A stretch of DNA of 63,810 bases, counting the filler, from Octopus bimaculoides (taxonomy: Eukaryota), in assembly GCF_001194135.2 (NCBI RefSeq). It is 5 parts of 4 records of this genome, joined end to end, with 100 filler letters (N's around TTAATTAATTAA, not from the genome) between each part and the next. Parts side by side here need not be neighbours in the genome. Positions count along the whole stretch, not along the records: positions 1 to 8,732 come from NC_068984.1; positions 8,833 to 27,809 come from NC_069001.1; 3 more parts are not named here. One strand, given 5' to 3'. The position numbers and the translations under genes were made by a program. The notes under the pieces are model-generated. The model made no database searches. It was given only the letters and a program-made list of their open reading frames with translations, and was not told where the DNA came from. Positions 1-11,398 of the stretch are shown piece after piece (position 1 is the first letter of the stretch; every line of letters begins with the position of its first letter).

Positions 1-94
1 ACATATATACACATAGATATATGTGAATATATGTGCATATACATTTATATATGTGGGCATGTATTTGTGTACATATTTTTTGTGTGTGTATGTT

Positions 95-136
<42 letters not shown>

Positions 137-398
137 CATACACATAGATGTATGTGAATATATATATACACATAGATATATGTGAATATGTGTATATACA
201 TTTATATATGTGAGCATGTATTTGTGTACATATGTTTTTGCATATTTGTATCATGGGGAAATTTGTGAATCTGCATATAAGCATTTAAAAAAAAGCCCTC
301 ATGGTTCCATACGAACATATAAAGGAAAATCTAGAAGTATAGAATAAAGGAATCATGGACTGGGAGAATAAACATGTGCAAGAAAAATGTATGCTTAC

Positions 399-465
399 CC
401 TACACCTTGAATTAGACCTGATACATCTTTGAAAATTGTTGTTGCCACTGAAATAGTTTCGTTTC
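399..465 (-). CDS. Adhesion GPCR (GAIN domain) internal exon D, 67 bp, phase 1-2
   Basis: tttatatttcag | exon | gtaagc. Translates (G)NETISVATTIFKDVSGLIQGV(G), matching the GAIN beta-strand 'V.VV..LYKNL..LL'. The gene continues beyond the left window edge. Confidence 0.8.
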
Positions 466-910
466 CTGAAATATAAAGCAGTCCAGAATATATGTTACAA
501 AATAACATGATACGGAATATCAAAACGACATGCATTATGTATTGGAATATAAAATGTTTTATAAAATGATATGGAATTTATACTGTAATACAAGATATAT
601 TTTGTAATACAAGATGATACGGAATATAATTCTGTTTATAGAATGATGCAGAATATATTCAAGAATATAAAATGATACGGAATATATTCTGAAATACAAA
701 TTTCAACGGAATATAAAAATATACGGAATATATTCTGAAATACAAATTTCAACGGAATATAAAAATATACGGAATATATTCTGTTCTATATAATGTTAAA
801 GAATATATTGTGGAATATAAAACCATATGAAATATATTCTGAAATATAAAAGCTTACAGACTTTGTTCTGGAATATAAAATGATGCGGAGTAATATTCTG
901 GAATACAAAT
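460..910. repeat. AT-rich degenerate minisatellite
   Basis: ~24-25-bp unit (aatataaaatgatacggaatatattctg), including an exact 46-bp tandem duplication at 675-720 and 721-766. Confidence 0.75.
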
Positions 911-924
911 AAAAAGCAAAAAGA

Positions 925-1315
925 GACTGTGCTGGTTTGGTCATGTCATGCGGATGGATAAAAAAAGTGTCGATTTTTCAAAGTGGATGGAATACGTGGA
1001 AGAGGGAAAACCAGGAAGACATAGGACGAAGTACTGAAGGATGACTTCAGGATGCTAAACCTTTTAAACGTTAAGAGGAATGGCCTGCAAGGGTCCTGTG
1101 CCGGTGCCATGTAAAAAAGCATTCGTGCCGGCGTCACGTAAAAGTGCTTGTGCCGATGCCATGTTAAAAGCACTTAGCACACATTGTAAAGTGGTTGGCG
1201 TTAGGAAGGGCATTAAAGCGCAGAAACTAAACCAAATCAGACAGGAATATGGTCAAGCCACCCAACCCATGCCAGTACGAGAAAAACGATGTTAAAGTAT
1301 GATGACGATGATGAC

Positions 1316-1375
<60 letters not shown>
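925..1375 (+). mobile_element. RTE-type LINE/SINE 3' end
   Basis: WFGHVMRM...GIRGRGKPRKT*DEVLKDD, then three ~26-bp tandem units (tgtgccggtgccatgtaaaa), ggcgttaggaagggcat...acccatgccag and a (GAT)n tail. Confidence 0.75.
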
Positions 1376-2938
1376 AGATTAAGAACACCTTCTGAAGAAT
1401 AAGAGACCATATGCAGATTTCTTAATAGTTAACAGAAGTTGTTATCGACAATGTAAACAGTTCCTTGATTCTTTTTAGAAGAACAACTTCGTTGTTGCAG
1501 CGAATACGCGTTTATCAAGAGTATTACAAACAAAAAGGAAACGAAGTTTTATCATCCTAGAGATGTAAGCAACAAAACCCGTGCCAGTTTATCCGTTACT
1601 TGATCCTTGCTGTGATGGACAGCCAGCTGCCCATGGGGGCTTTTTGAATGGCACATTTGTCGAAAAATTACCTCGAATTTATTTAGTAGTGCGGCCTGCT
1701 TCTCAAAAAAAAAAAAAAAAAAAAAACTAATATCCATGCCTGATCTAATTTGAGTCAACAAAGACAACTCTATATGATAGCTTGATCTACTAAAACTAAC
1801 AGCCAAAAACTCCTTCCAATCAGACTCTACCGACTTAAGCCACAACCTACCAGACGAAAACATTGAATAGTATTGTTCTTTATGCATTATGTTTGGAAGA
1901 GAAAAGAATAGATTGGACATAGCTGGAAAGTTTTTGATGATAGTATTGCAAGACACAACAGGGGATGGGGTTATACGCAGTTATTCAATATGCTAGACAT
2001 AGTGACTAAATTTCCCTCAAAGCAAATTGTACTGTCTGAAAAAAGCGATTACTTTGGCTAATGCAATTGTAGATATGATACGTTTGTAAAACATGATGCG
2101 ATCATGATCGTAATGTCTTTGGTTATATCTACTTCACCAGGAGTGATCTGGGGTTAAACAACATGAACAACACTACATGGACAAACGGAGGGCTGTAGCT
2201 GTTCGATTCGCTTGAAATAACAGCAAATCTCCATCGTGCTTGTGTGGTAAGAAACTTGCTTCCCAACCACATCATTCAATTCAATCCCACTGCGTGGCAC
2301 CTTGGGTAAGCATCTCCTACTATAGCCTTGGGCCGACTAAAGCCTTGCGAGTGGATTTGGTAAACGAAAAGTGAAAGAATAAGTACCAGGCTTAAAAAAG
2401 AAAATATAATGTACTCGGATCGATTCATTCGACTAAACATTCTTCAAGGCGGTGCTCCAGCATGACCACTTGCAAGAAATAGCAGTCCGAGTCTCCCCTA
2501 AATGAAATACTAACCCTAATAAAATGAGGGGCACAATGGTTTCTTTAATGGGAGAAGTCGATACACTATGATTTAAAAAAATGTGATTGTCACGGCTGAA
2601 ACGCCTTGGGTCATAGACCTGCGCTGGATTAAAAAAATAAAAAAACAAAGGGGAGCGTTTTACATACTATATGCAAATAGAGTAGGGGATCACAAACATA
2701 ACAGAATGAAGTAAAAATAATTCCGATAAAATGTTAATTCATGCCATTAGAAAATAAAATTTCCGTGTAAAAGTGTTTGTATCGTAAAATTAACAAAAGG
2801 GGACATGACTCTCGATAAACATTTCACTGCTTTCAGGAAAATATTCACAATGCAAGTTGGAAACGGTATCGACATTCTGTTGTCTCAACAGCTGAAACCG
2901 TCTCCTAGAAATCAAATAAATTAACAAGTTGTACTTAC

Positions 2939-3079
2939 CTTTAAATACTTCTTTTAATGATTCACTGGGAATAGTGACAGTTGTAAGACTATTCTGTATC
3001 CACTCTGGAGTAGTGGCTTTGACCTGAGACGTTGGTAATTTTAGAGTTTCATTAACTGAAGCCTTTTTGATTTCCACAA
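2939..3079 (-). CDS. Adhesion GPCR (GAIN domain) internal exon C, 141 bp, phase 1-1
   Basis: atatttcag | exon | gtaagt. Translates (L)VEIKKASVNETLKLPTSQVKATTPEWIQNSLTTVTIPSESLKEVFK(G), resembling BAI ASIQKLP...INFPM...DWARNSEDRVVIPKSIF. It is the real part of track ORF 2790..3131. Confidence 0.85.
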
Positions 3080-3099
3080 CTGAAATATATATATTTATA

Positions 3100-3183
3100 C
3101 AGTATATATCTTTATATTTACAGAAAAACAAAAGACGAAGACAGGTGTATGAACAAGCAGGTGTATTAGTTTGACACTCGGGA
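3100..3183 (-). mobile_element. 3' fragment of the repeat family at 13690-13790
   Basis: Reverse complement cccgagtgtcaaactaatacacctgcttgttcatacacctgtcttcgtcttttg matches 13705-13770. Confidence 0.6.
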
Positions 3184-3224
3184 TGCAGAAGCTACGTTAG
3201 GCAGTTCCTTCCATTACGGAAGGT

Positions 3225-3430
3225 TGGGGTTCAGCAGTCTGTTGCTTACAAGAAAGTAGGTTATCCGTGATCTCATCATCCTCTCAAATGATATGAGAGG
3301 TGAGCGACATCGGCTCGTAGTTCACTGCAAGGGAATTGTTTCCCTTTCTGAAAACTGGGACAACAGACTGGGACAGAAAGTTTTCAGGAATATAACTAGC
3401 ATCCAATGAGTTCCTCCACAGATTGGCAAG
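3225..3430 (-). mobile_element. CR1/L2-type reverse transcriptase fragment
   Basis: VVPVFRKGNNSLAVNYEPMSLTS..FERMMRSRITYFLVSNRLLNP (the PIFKKG...NYRPISLTS motif), with a frameshift. Confidence 0.65.
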
Positions 3431-3479
3431 GGGAGATGCAAGTTGGTGTCGACACACCTTCAGGACACAAGCAGGGGAC

Positions 3480-3935
3480 CTATCAGGAGGAGGAGGAGGA
3501 GGAAGAAGAGGAAGAGGAGGAAGAAGAGGAAGAGGGGAAGAAGAATACTGCGGGAGTGCTATGATAGTAGTAGGATGTTAAATGGTCAAATGCTCTGAAA
3601 GTGACTTGTTGTGGACGGTAGTAGTGATTGAATTCTTGAGACATCTCTTTTGAATGTATTGTTTATATTTGCGCAAGTATTATTCTAAACAGCAATAATA
3701 GTAAAGTAAGGAAGGAGGTGGCGGAGAGGAAGAAGACGAAGTTGAAGAAGGAGAAAGAGAAGAGAGAATAATAAGGGAATGCGGGTGGTACGATAGTAGT
3801 AGGATGTTAAATGGGTCAAGTGACCTAAAAGTGACTCGTTGTGGATTATAACAGTGATTGGAACTGTTTTAAATGAATTCTTGGGTATCTCTTGAATGTA
3901 TCATTTTTGATATTTGCGTGTGTGTTATTCTATTG
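3480..3935. repeat. Diverged tandem duplication (~230-bp unit with a purine-rich leader)
   Basis: gcggg...gatagtagtaggatgttaaatgg...gtgact.gttgtgga...gatatttgcg..ttattcta at 3550-3686 and 3781-3931. Confidence 0.7.
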
Positions 3936-4277
3936 TCTGTAGTTTCCGTCCTCTTCCGACTTTTAGTTCATGTAATTGAAAAACCCCCACATTATTTACG
4001 GGATGATCCAATATATTAAACGCTTTATAAGTCAATACTGTATTCTACTGTGTTAGGAGTACCATTAAATCACTTAAGGTTATCTCTTCGATCGCATTGT
4101 TGTTTACATAATGCATATTCGGATACGCAACCTCGTAAATCTGTATGTATGTATATATAGTTAACTTTGCACGAACTATCTTAATACTGATATATTTAGA
4201 AATAATGGTTAGTTTAATTTATAAAAGAGAAAGGAAGAATCCATCAAACAAATAATTTAAAAACTTCATCAACTTAC

Positions 4278-4380
4278 GTAAATTCTCCTTTTGAATGACA
4301 AGTGTCTTGTTTGTTTTCTCAGCAGTGACGGTAGCAAATTTTTCAATGTTCTTTATCATATTTTGCGGTGTTTTGTCGAC
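4278..4380 (-). CDS. Adhesion GPCR (GAIN domain) internal exon B, 103 bp, phase 0-1
   Basis: cag | exon | gtaagt. Translates VDKTPQNMIKNIEKFATVTAEKTNKTLVIQKENL(L). Phases match both neighbouring exons. Resembles the GAIN 'LL..LE.FA...A......I.TENI.LEV' segment. Confidence 0.85.
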
Positions 4381-5769
4381 CTGCTGGGAATCCTATTGTC
4401 GTATTCAAGAGAGAACTTTCATTCGCATTACGCTTATGTGAAAAATACACTGTTTAGTTTGAGAAAGTAATAACATTTATATATTACAATATAATGGAAT
4501 ATGTGAAGGTGTGTGGCCTAGTTTTTATGGTCATGCACTCACGATAGCAAGATCATGGTTTCGATTCCCTGTGCCTAGTGTTCTTGAGCAAAACACTTCA
4601 TTTCACATTGCTCCAGGCCGCTTAGATGTAAATGAATAACACTGCAACGGGTTGGTATCTCGTTTAGGGGGTATCTCATAATTTTGGTCAGTTATCGGCC
4701 TTCCCACCTAACCAGCATCTTGGCATCATTTGAAATCTATAACGTGGAAGCACACTGTGACCAGTGAACGTAGAACATCATCCGCTAGCCTGCTTGATAC
4801 AGTGACAATGTAAAATTATATTATACTGACATATAAGGCGGTGAACTTGTAAACCTGTTAGCAAGGCTGGTCAAATGCTTAGCGGTATTTCGTGTCTTTA
4901 CGTTTGAGTTCAAATTCTGCCGGGGTCGGCTTTGTCCTTCATCATTTCGGGTCGATAAAATAAGTACCTATCGAGCACAGGGGTCGATATAATCGACTTA
5001 CCCCTACCTCAAGATTGCTGGCCATGTGTCCAAATTTGAAACCGATATTTTACACCATACAAATGATGAAGAGTAACGCTCCAATATTCCACAGATTGTA
5101 CGTTCTTATCTCTTGCTGTTGCCTACTTTTGTCAATCTGATGACAATCTGGTCTCTCAATTTGCAAGTAATAACTCTCAATTTTTCTTGAAACCACACCT
5201 TCCTGCTATCTTAAGACAAAAAATGAAATAAAAGAAGATACAGAAAATGACATTGTGGACTATGTAATTCTAGTTATATAAAAAGACAAGATAGTCACTG
5301 CTACAAAAAGTTGATCACAAACCTGCTTGATCAATGACTGACATGGAACCAAAATAACAATAACTACAACAGGTAATTATCTCTCGCCTTTCAGGACACT
5401 AACAAATAACACAAACTGCATCTAAAAGAAGGGGAAGTCCAACTTAAAATAATTTTTTTCTTGATTGAAGATATATTTCATTTGACCTATACTTTTAATA
5501 TTCTTACGAAAGGCAATATTACTCCGACTATCAAATTCTTTCATCTAAAAATAGATACTTAGTGCTGGATCAAAATGGAAGCTAATTTCACTTTTTTTTT
5601 TTTTTCACGAGGAGGCTATTTCTGTTGACCGATACTATTCCTATATCATGTGTTGTTAATATTTGCGGAAGATGGAAGTTCATAAAAACCAGAAAAATGC
5701 TTTTCAGTCTTCAAATTTGGAACCATATCACTAAAAAAGAAATTGGTGTTAAAAACCACTAATACTTAC

Positions 5770-5841
5770 CTCTTTGTCTATGGAATCCCAGACATCTTTG
5801 TTGTTTAAGTTAAGGAGGTTACTGCCAATTTCAAAGAAGTT
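5770..5841 (-). CDS. Adhesion GPCR (GAIN domain) internal exon A, 72 bp, phase 0-0
   Basis: Minus strand: acceptor tattctcttctttatag | exon | donor gtaagt. Translates NFFEIGSNLLNLNNKDVWDSIDKE, resembling the BAI/ADGRB GAIN helix [23 protein letters not shown]. Confidence 0.85.
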
Positions 5842-6259
5842 CTATAAAGAAGAGAATACATTTTATATTTATAGGTAGTTGAGGTTTAAATATCTCCAAG
5901 CTGAAAGGGTTATAACAAATGGCTACATGATTATGAGAAGTGCTTCGCAGCTACATTGTTTCAGAGTGAATCACACTGAAGGGTACAAATTCAAATATCT
6001 TATACCAAAGTAGAGTGGGTGAAATGTAATAGGTGAAAAATATGTTTAAATCTGTTGGAGGAACATTTCTTGGATTTAGATGGCAGACTAAATCCTTCAC
6101 TCAGCTTCACAGAGTTGATAGCTTGCAAGACTTATTTGTTTATGCCCCGAATCAGAAAACAAAGAATGTTGTTTATCCAGAAGCTCTTATGTAATTTCCT
6201 TCAACATATGTGATAGAATTTATCTCCTTTCATAAAAGTGGTAAATTTTGTATTTTCGT

Positions 6260-6502
6260 TTATTATTATTATTATTATTATTATTATTGTTCAGTAGTTT
6301 TATTTTTATAACGTGCTTTCACCTCACTACCGAGCGCAGCTCTGTGCGCCTTGGGTATGTGCTGTGGTTTGCTGTGGTGCTCTTATGTTTACTGTATTGA
6401 AAGTGTTTTGTGTAGAATGTGTGCAGTACCCAGTAGTGCAATTTTCTGTATGTTATATATATTTGTAAGTCCTGGTGTTTTTGTTATGTATTTGTCTGAA
6501 TA
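6260..6502 (-). mobile_element. 3' end of a second R4/Dong-type family
   Basis: IQKIALLGTAHILHKTLSIQ* plus 3' UTR and (AAT)n tail; same family as 61179-61390. Confidence 0.8.
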
Positions 6503-6662
6503 NNNNNNNNNNNNNNNNNNNNNNNNNNNNNNNNNNNNNNNNNNNNNNNNNNNNNNNNNNNNNNNNNNNNNNNNNNNNNNNNNNNNNNNNNNNNNNNNNN
6601 NNNNNNNNNNNNNNNNNNNNNNNNNNNNNNNNNNNNNNNNNNNNNNNNNNNNNNNNNNNNNN

Positions 6663-6715
<53 letters not shown>

Positions 6716-8290
6716 TCATGTTTGACTTTTGCTTTGCATTTGTACAAGTTGGCTCCAAGTCTCACCCAGAGACCTCAAGAGACAACAAGTTAGAAGTTCA
6801 TGTTGGTGTTATGCCTAGGGTGCCATATATTTGGTCTTGTACGTAGTGTTGTTCTAGAGAATGTTTAAGAAACCATAAGAAAATTATGTGTTTGTTTTAA
6901 AATTTGGGATTACATAGACAGTATTTTACGTAGGATATGGGTAGTTCTCATCAACACTATCTTTTGAATTTCTGCCATTTTGGGGTTTCCTGGTATCTGA
7001 GCTATGTAGAAATCAGCCCCTTTTGCTATCAATCCGAGGGCACCTATGACAACAGGTATTGTTTTAGTCTTCAGGTTCCACATTTTGCTAATTTCTATTT
7101 CAAGATCTTTATACTTGCTCAGTTTTTGATAGGTCTTGACAGATACATTTATATCGATTGGGACAATCATATCAATGAGGAGGCATGATTTTTGTCTGAA
7201 GTCTTTCAATATGATGTCTGGTATATTTGCATCTATCTTTCTGTCAGTTTGATCGATGATGTTCCAGAGGAGTGAGATGTGATCATTTTCAAGCACTGGG
7301 GTTGGTTTGTGTTCCTACCAGTTTTTATCATGGGGCAAGTCCAGATTTTTGCAAATTACCTAGTGAATATATTGTGCAGCTCTATCATGCCTGTTGAGAT
7401 ACTCTGTAGGCACAAGAAAACTGCATATGGTGACAAAATGATCAATGGTCTCATTTTGTTGTTGACATACACGACATATTGGGGAGCTGCCGTTCTTTAA
7501 TATGTTGGCCTGGTAGTTCCTTGTAGGTAGGCATTGATCTTGGGCTGCTGTGATAAACTTTTCTGTTTCTGATTTTAAGCCAGAAGCCATTAGCCATTGA
7601 TGGGTAAGGGCTTTGTCAACGTCGGCATTATTCGCTCTCTTTGGGTATTTGCCATTGAGAGGTTTTTCTTGCCATTTATCAGTCAGAATATCTAAGGCAA
7701 CAGCTTTAGCACGAGTTTTCATGCGCTTAGCTTTTTCTGCACTTGTTTCTAGTACGTCTAATTCTAGAATTTGTTGTATTCGGAATTCACTTAGATATTC
7801 CTTTCCCTGTTTTGTTACTGAGTATGATGCTTTCTTGTTTTCATGTTTTGAGAAAATTTTAACATCCAGTCCTCAGAGTTTTCAGGTAGGTGTCTATGCG
7901 AATTGTGGCAATCTTTATTGTTAATGCCAGTTGTAAAATTCCACGGCCTCCCCCTTTTCTTGGCAGATAAAGTCGTTCTGTATCTGTCTTAGGGTGGTGC
8001 ATTATATGCATTGTCAACAGTTTTCGCATTTTTCTGTCAAGATTACATATTTCAGTAATTGACCAGTTAATGATATTGAAACTGTAAGTCACGACTTGTA
8101 TGGCTAAAGTATTGATTGCTTCGATCCTGTTTCTTGCATTCAGCTCTGTCTTCAGTATTGCTCTCACCCTGTGATAACATTCTCTTCTGATCCTTTCCCT
8201 CATCACTACGTGTTTGATTCTGTTCCTTTCAATTACCCCTAGGTATTTGTAGCTCTCCGCTGAAGGTATTAACTTTAGATGTTAAAATAT
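6663..8290 (-). mobile_element. R4/Dong-type non-LTR retrotransposon with restriction-like endonuclease, 5'-truncated and frameshifted
   Basis: YKYLG, AINTLAIQVVTYSF, RLYLPRKGGGRG, CRVCQQQNETIDHFVTIC..RHD (CCHC), PDIILKD..CLLIDMIVP..KLSKYKDL..PVVIGALG; 3' UTR and (TAA)n tail. Confidence 0.9.
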
Positions 8291-9019
8291 TTAATTATTA
8301 TCCACTGATAAGTTCCAAATGACTTAATATAATAATATGTATTACTTTTGTTGAAATACATGTTCTTCAATTGTATACCTGAAATATGGTCTTTTGCGAC
8401 AGAAACAGCTGTCTGGTTAAATTAAATAAACAATTCATATTACCACCAAAACCTGTTCCATTTATTTGATGACATTTATTGGACACCGTCTAATAAATTG
8501 ATTCTTCCAATGATTTTTATTTATATATATTCATACAGAAATGAAAGGAATCCCTTAAAGTATGATAAAAAAAAAAACTTTGGAAACCTAGGGAATAATG
8601 TCCTAAACGGAAGAAGTATGTTCATCCGGAAAAATATAATATAATATAATATAATATAATATAATATAATATAATATAATATAATATAATATAATATAAT
8701 ATCATATGTGTATATATATATATATATATATANNNNNNNNNNNNNNNNNNNNNNNNNNNNNNNNNNNNNNNNNNNNTTAATTAATTAANNNNNNNNNNNN
8801 NNNNNNNNNNNNNNNNNNNNNNNNNNNNNNNNTATATATCACCTTGATCACCTTGGCCGACCAGTCCGTCGGGCGTCCATTTGACACCGCTGGTCACAGC
8901 ACGCGTGCTGCTTTAGCCATAAGATGACGCCATCCCACTGGGTGGGCGGGAAGGCCACAGAAACAGGAAGAAAGAGCGAAAGACAGTTGTGGTCAAAGTA
9001 TACTGCAAGTCTAATTAAT

Positions 9020-10530
9020 TCCAAAGACATAAACGAAAAACTCTTGATATAAAAATTAGATTCTTCGTCAGGAATTACATATTGGTATGAATAATTATGA
9101 CCAACAAAAATATACAAAGATCTGTCGTGGCCCAGACGGGAACGAACAGATAATAATAGAATGAAAGATAAAACACTCCAGCGTTTTATTAACATTAAGA
9201 AATTAAAGATTAATAACTACAAACCGATATATTATCCACTAAAAAGTACTAAATGTCCTAATTCAAAGTTAATAATATGGTAATATCAAACGAAAATAAA
9301 AATAAAAAGAAATTCTTTTGCTTACAAAATAGCCATCTACAAGTAAAACAGTGGAACGGAGAAAGAGAAAGAGAAAGAATGCTTGTGTCTGTGATTATTT
9401 TTGTACCTCATTATTTAAATAGCAATTAGCCACCAATTATAAACAGCACAGGGTCAGCTAATAAATAAATATATAGAAATATCAAAACGGATGTAAGATA
9501 ATAAATGAATGATATGAAAAACTTCACCGTCTCACAATCACAGATGAACCAAAATTAAAGTACACACAATATCTTAAAAATTAAATTAAAATTTTTTTAA
9601 ATTTTTAAATCTAAAAAATTTTTTAATTTAAAAAAAATATGAGAGAGGAACCAACATGAGTAGTAAATACAAAGGGTTAAACCGAAATTATTAATCTCTC
9701 AAAAACCACAAAATCAAAATAAAACCAGATAGAATAAAACACCTATAATAGACATCCTTATTTAAAAATTTTAAACGCACATTTATTCTTATGAACACAG
9801 TAAAAACCCCTTTCAGATTTAGAGTTTAGCAGCCTTCTTCTAGAAAATAGTATCAAAAATAATTCCTCAGAACAACGAGAGCAGAACCTATTGCCAATCC
9901 TATAAACCGGGGTCGTCCTTAAAATGCTCCATTTTTTTATTATCTTTATGATTCCAGATGAAATTACTAAGACTAGTAGAAGCCCTATTTTTGTTCCTAA
10001 AGTAATGGTAATGATTCAAAACCCTTTTCTTAATATAGTTAGCAGAAGAACCAATATAAAAGTAATCATTACTTTCAGAAATAACCTTAGCTTGATAGAC
10101 GACTTCCCTACGCTTACAAAAATTACCAAATAAAAAATGTGCAACAACATATCCGCCGATATGAACGACGAAAGGAAAGCAAAAGGGCTCGGGGACAGTT
10201 TCTGAAGGACACTTTCGGGATTACTAAGAAGCTGTTGATGAATCTGTTCAAAAGGTCGGAATCTCTGGGATCCCTGGATGTGTTGAACACTGTTTTTAAT
10301 TTCTTAATCTTTTTAATTAGATAACCCTATTATTTTCCTAGTTAATTTTTGTTTCATTAACTCTATCTGTTTTTACTAGATATTTACATATTGTGAATTG
10401 TAATGCTAATAAAGCCCTGGAGTGGTTTATATATAAATATATAAATATATATATATATATATTTCTGGTTTTGAATTGTCTGGCGTTCTAGTTATCTTTC
10501 ATTCTATTATTATTATTTGTTCGTTCCCGA
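9020..10530 (-). mobile_element. Second Penelope-like (Nematis-type) remnant
   Basis: Minus strand 10130-9758: FCKRREVVYQAKVISESNDYFYIGSSANYIKKRVLNHYHYFRNKNRASTSLSNFIWNHKDNKK / WSILRTTPVYRIGNRFCSRCSEELFLIL...LLNSKSE...CVHKNK (one frameshift). Pieces at 10395-10530 are inverted copies of 9135-9215. Confidence 0.8.
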
Positions 10531-11398
10531 GGGCGGTGAGCTGTCGGAATCGTAAGCATATTGTTTTTGCAAATACTGAATATATATTTTTCATGTATAT
10601 TCTTTACTAGGACTGAAGCGGCGGACTTAGATCTTTGACATCCCTTTGAAGGAATTCAGTCCTCACCTCCTTTATATATATATATATANNNNNNNNNNNN
10701 NNNNNNNNNNNNNNNNNNNNNNNNNNNNNNNNNNNNNNNNNNNNNNNNNNNNNNNNNNNNNNNNNNNNNNNNNNNNNNNNNNNNNNNNNNNNNNNNNNNN
10801 NNNNNNNNNNNNNNNNNNNNNNNNNNNNNNNNNNNNNNNNNNNNNNNNNNNNNNNNNNNNNNNNNNNNNNNNNNNNNNNNNNNNNNNNNNNNNNNNNNNN
10901 NNNNNNNNNNNNNNNNNNNNNNNNNNNNNNNNNNNNNNNNNNNNNNNNNNNNNNNNNNNNNNNNNNNNNNNNNNNNNNNNNNNNNNNNNNNNNNNNNNNN
11001 NNNNNNNNNNNNNNNNNNNNNNNNNNNNNNNNNNNNNNNNNNNNNNNNNNNNNNNNNNNNNNNNNNNNNNNNNNNNNNNNNNNNNNNNNNNNNNNNNNNN
11101 NNNNNNNNNNNNNNNNNNNNNNNNNNNNNNNNNNNNNNNNNNNNNNNNNNNNNNNNNNNNNNNNNNNNNNNNNNNNNNNNNNNNNNNNNNNNNNNNNNNN
11201 NNNNNNNNNNNNNNNNNNNNNNNNATATATATATATATATATATATACATATACATACACATATATATACATACATATATATAAACACACACATACATGT
11301 CCATATATACACGCGTGTAAAAGTGAGTGCGTCTAAGTCTTTTCGTATGTGTGTGTGTGTGTGTGTGGTGTTCTTATGTACATTATGGAATGCAATAC

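Noticed and set aside
1552-1956. 134-aa minus-strand ORF inside the aGPCR intron
   Set aside because: Contains a poly-T run, has no splice signals and no motif, and exons C and D already join in phase without it.
8777-8788. TTAATTAATTAA island inside N runs (also 27854-27865, 51205-51216, 61748-61759)
   Set aside because: An identical palindromic six-frame-stop linker centred in 100-bp gaps is a scaffolding placeholder, not biology; true gap sizes there are unknown.
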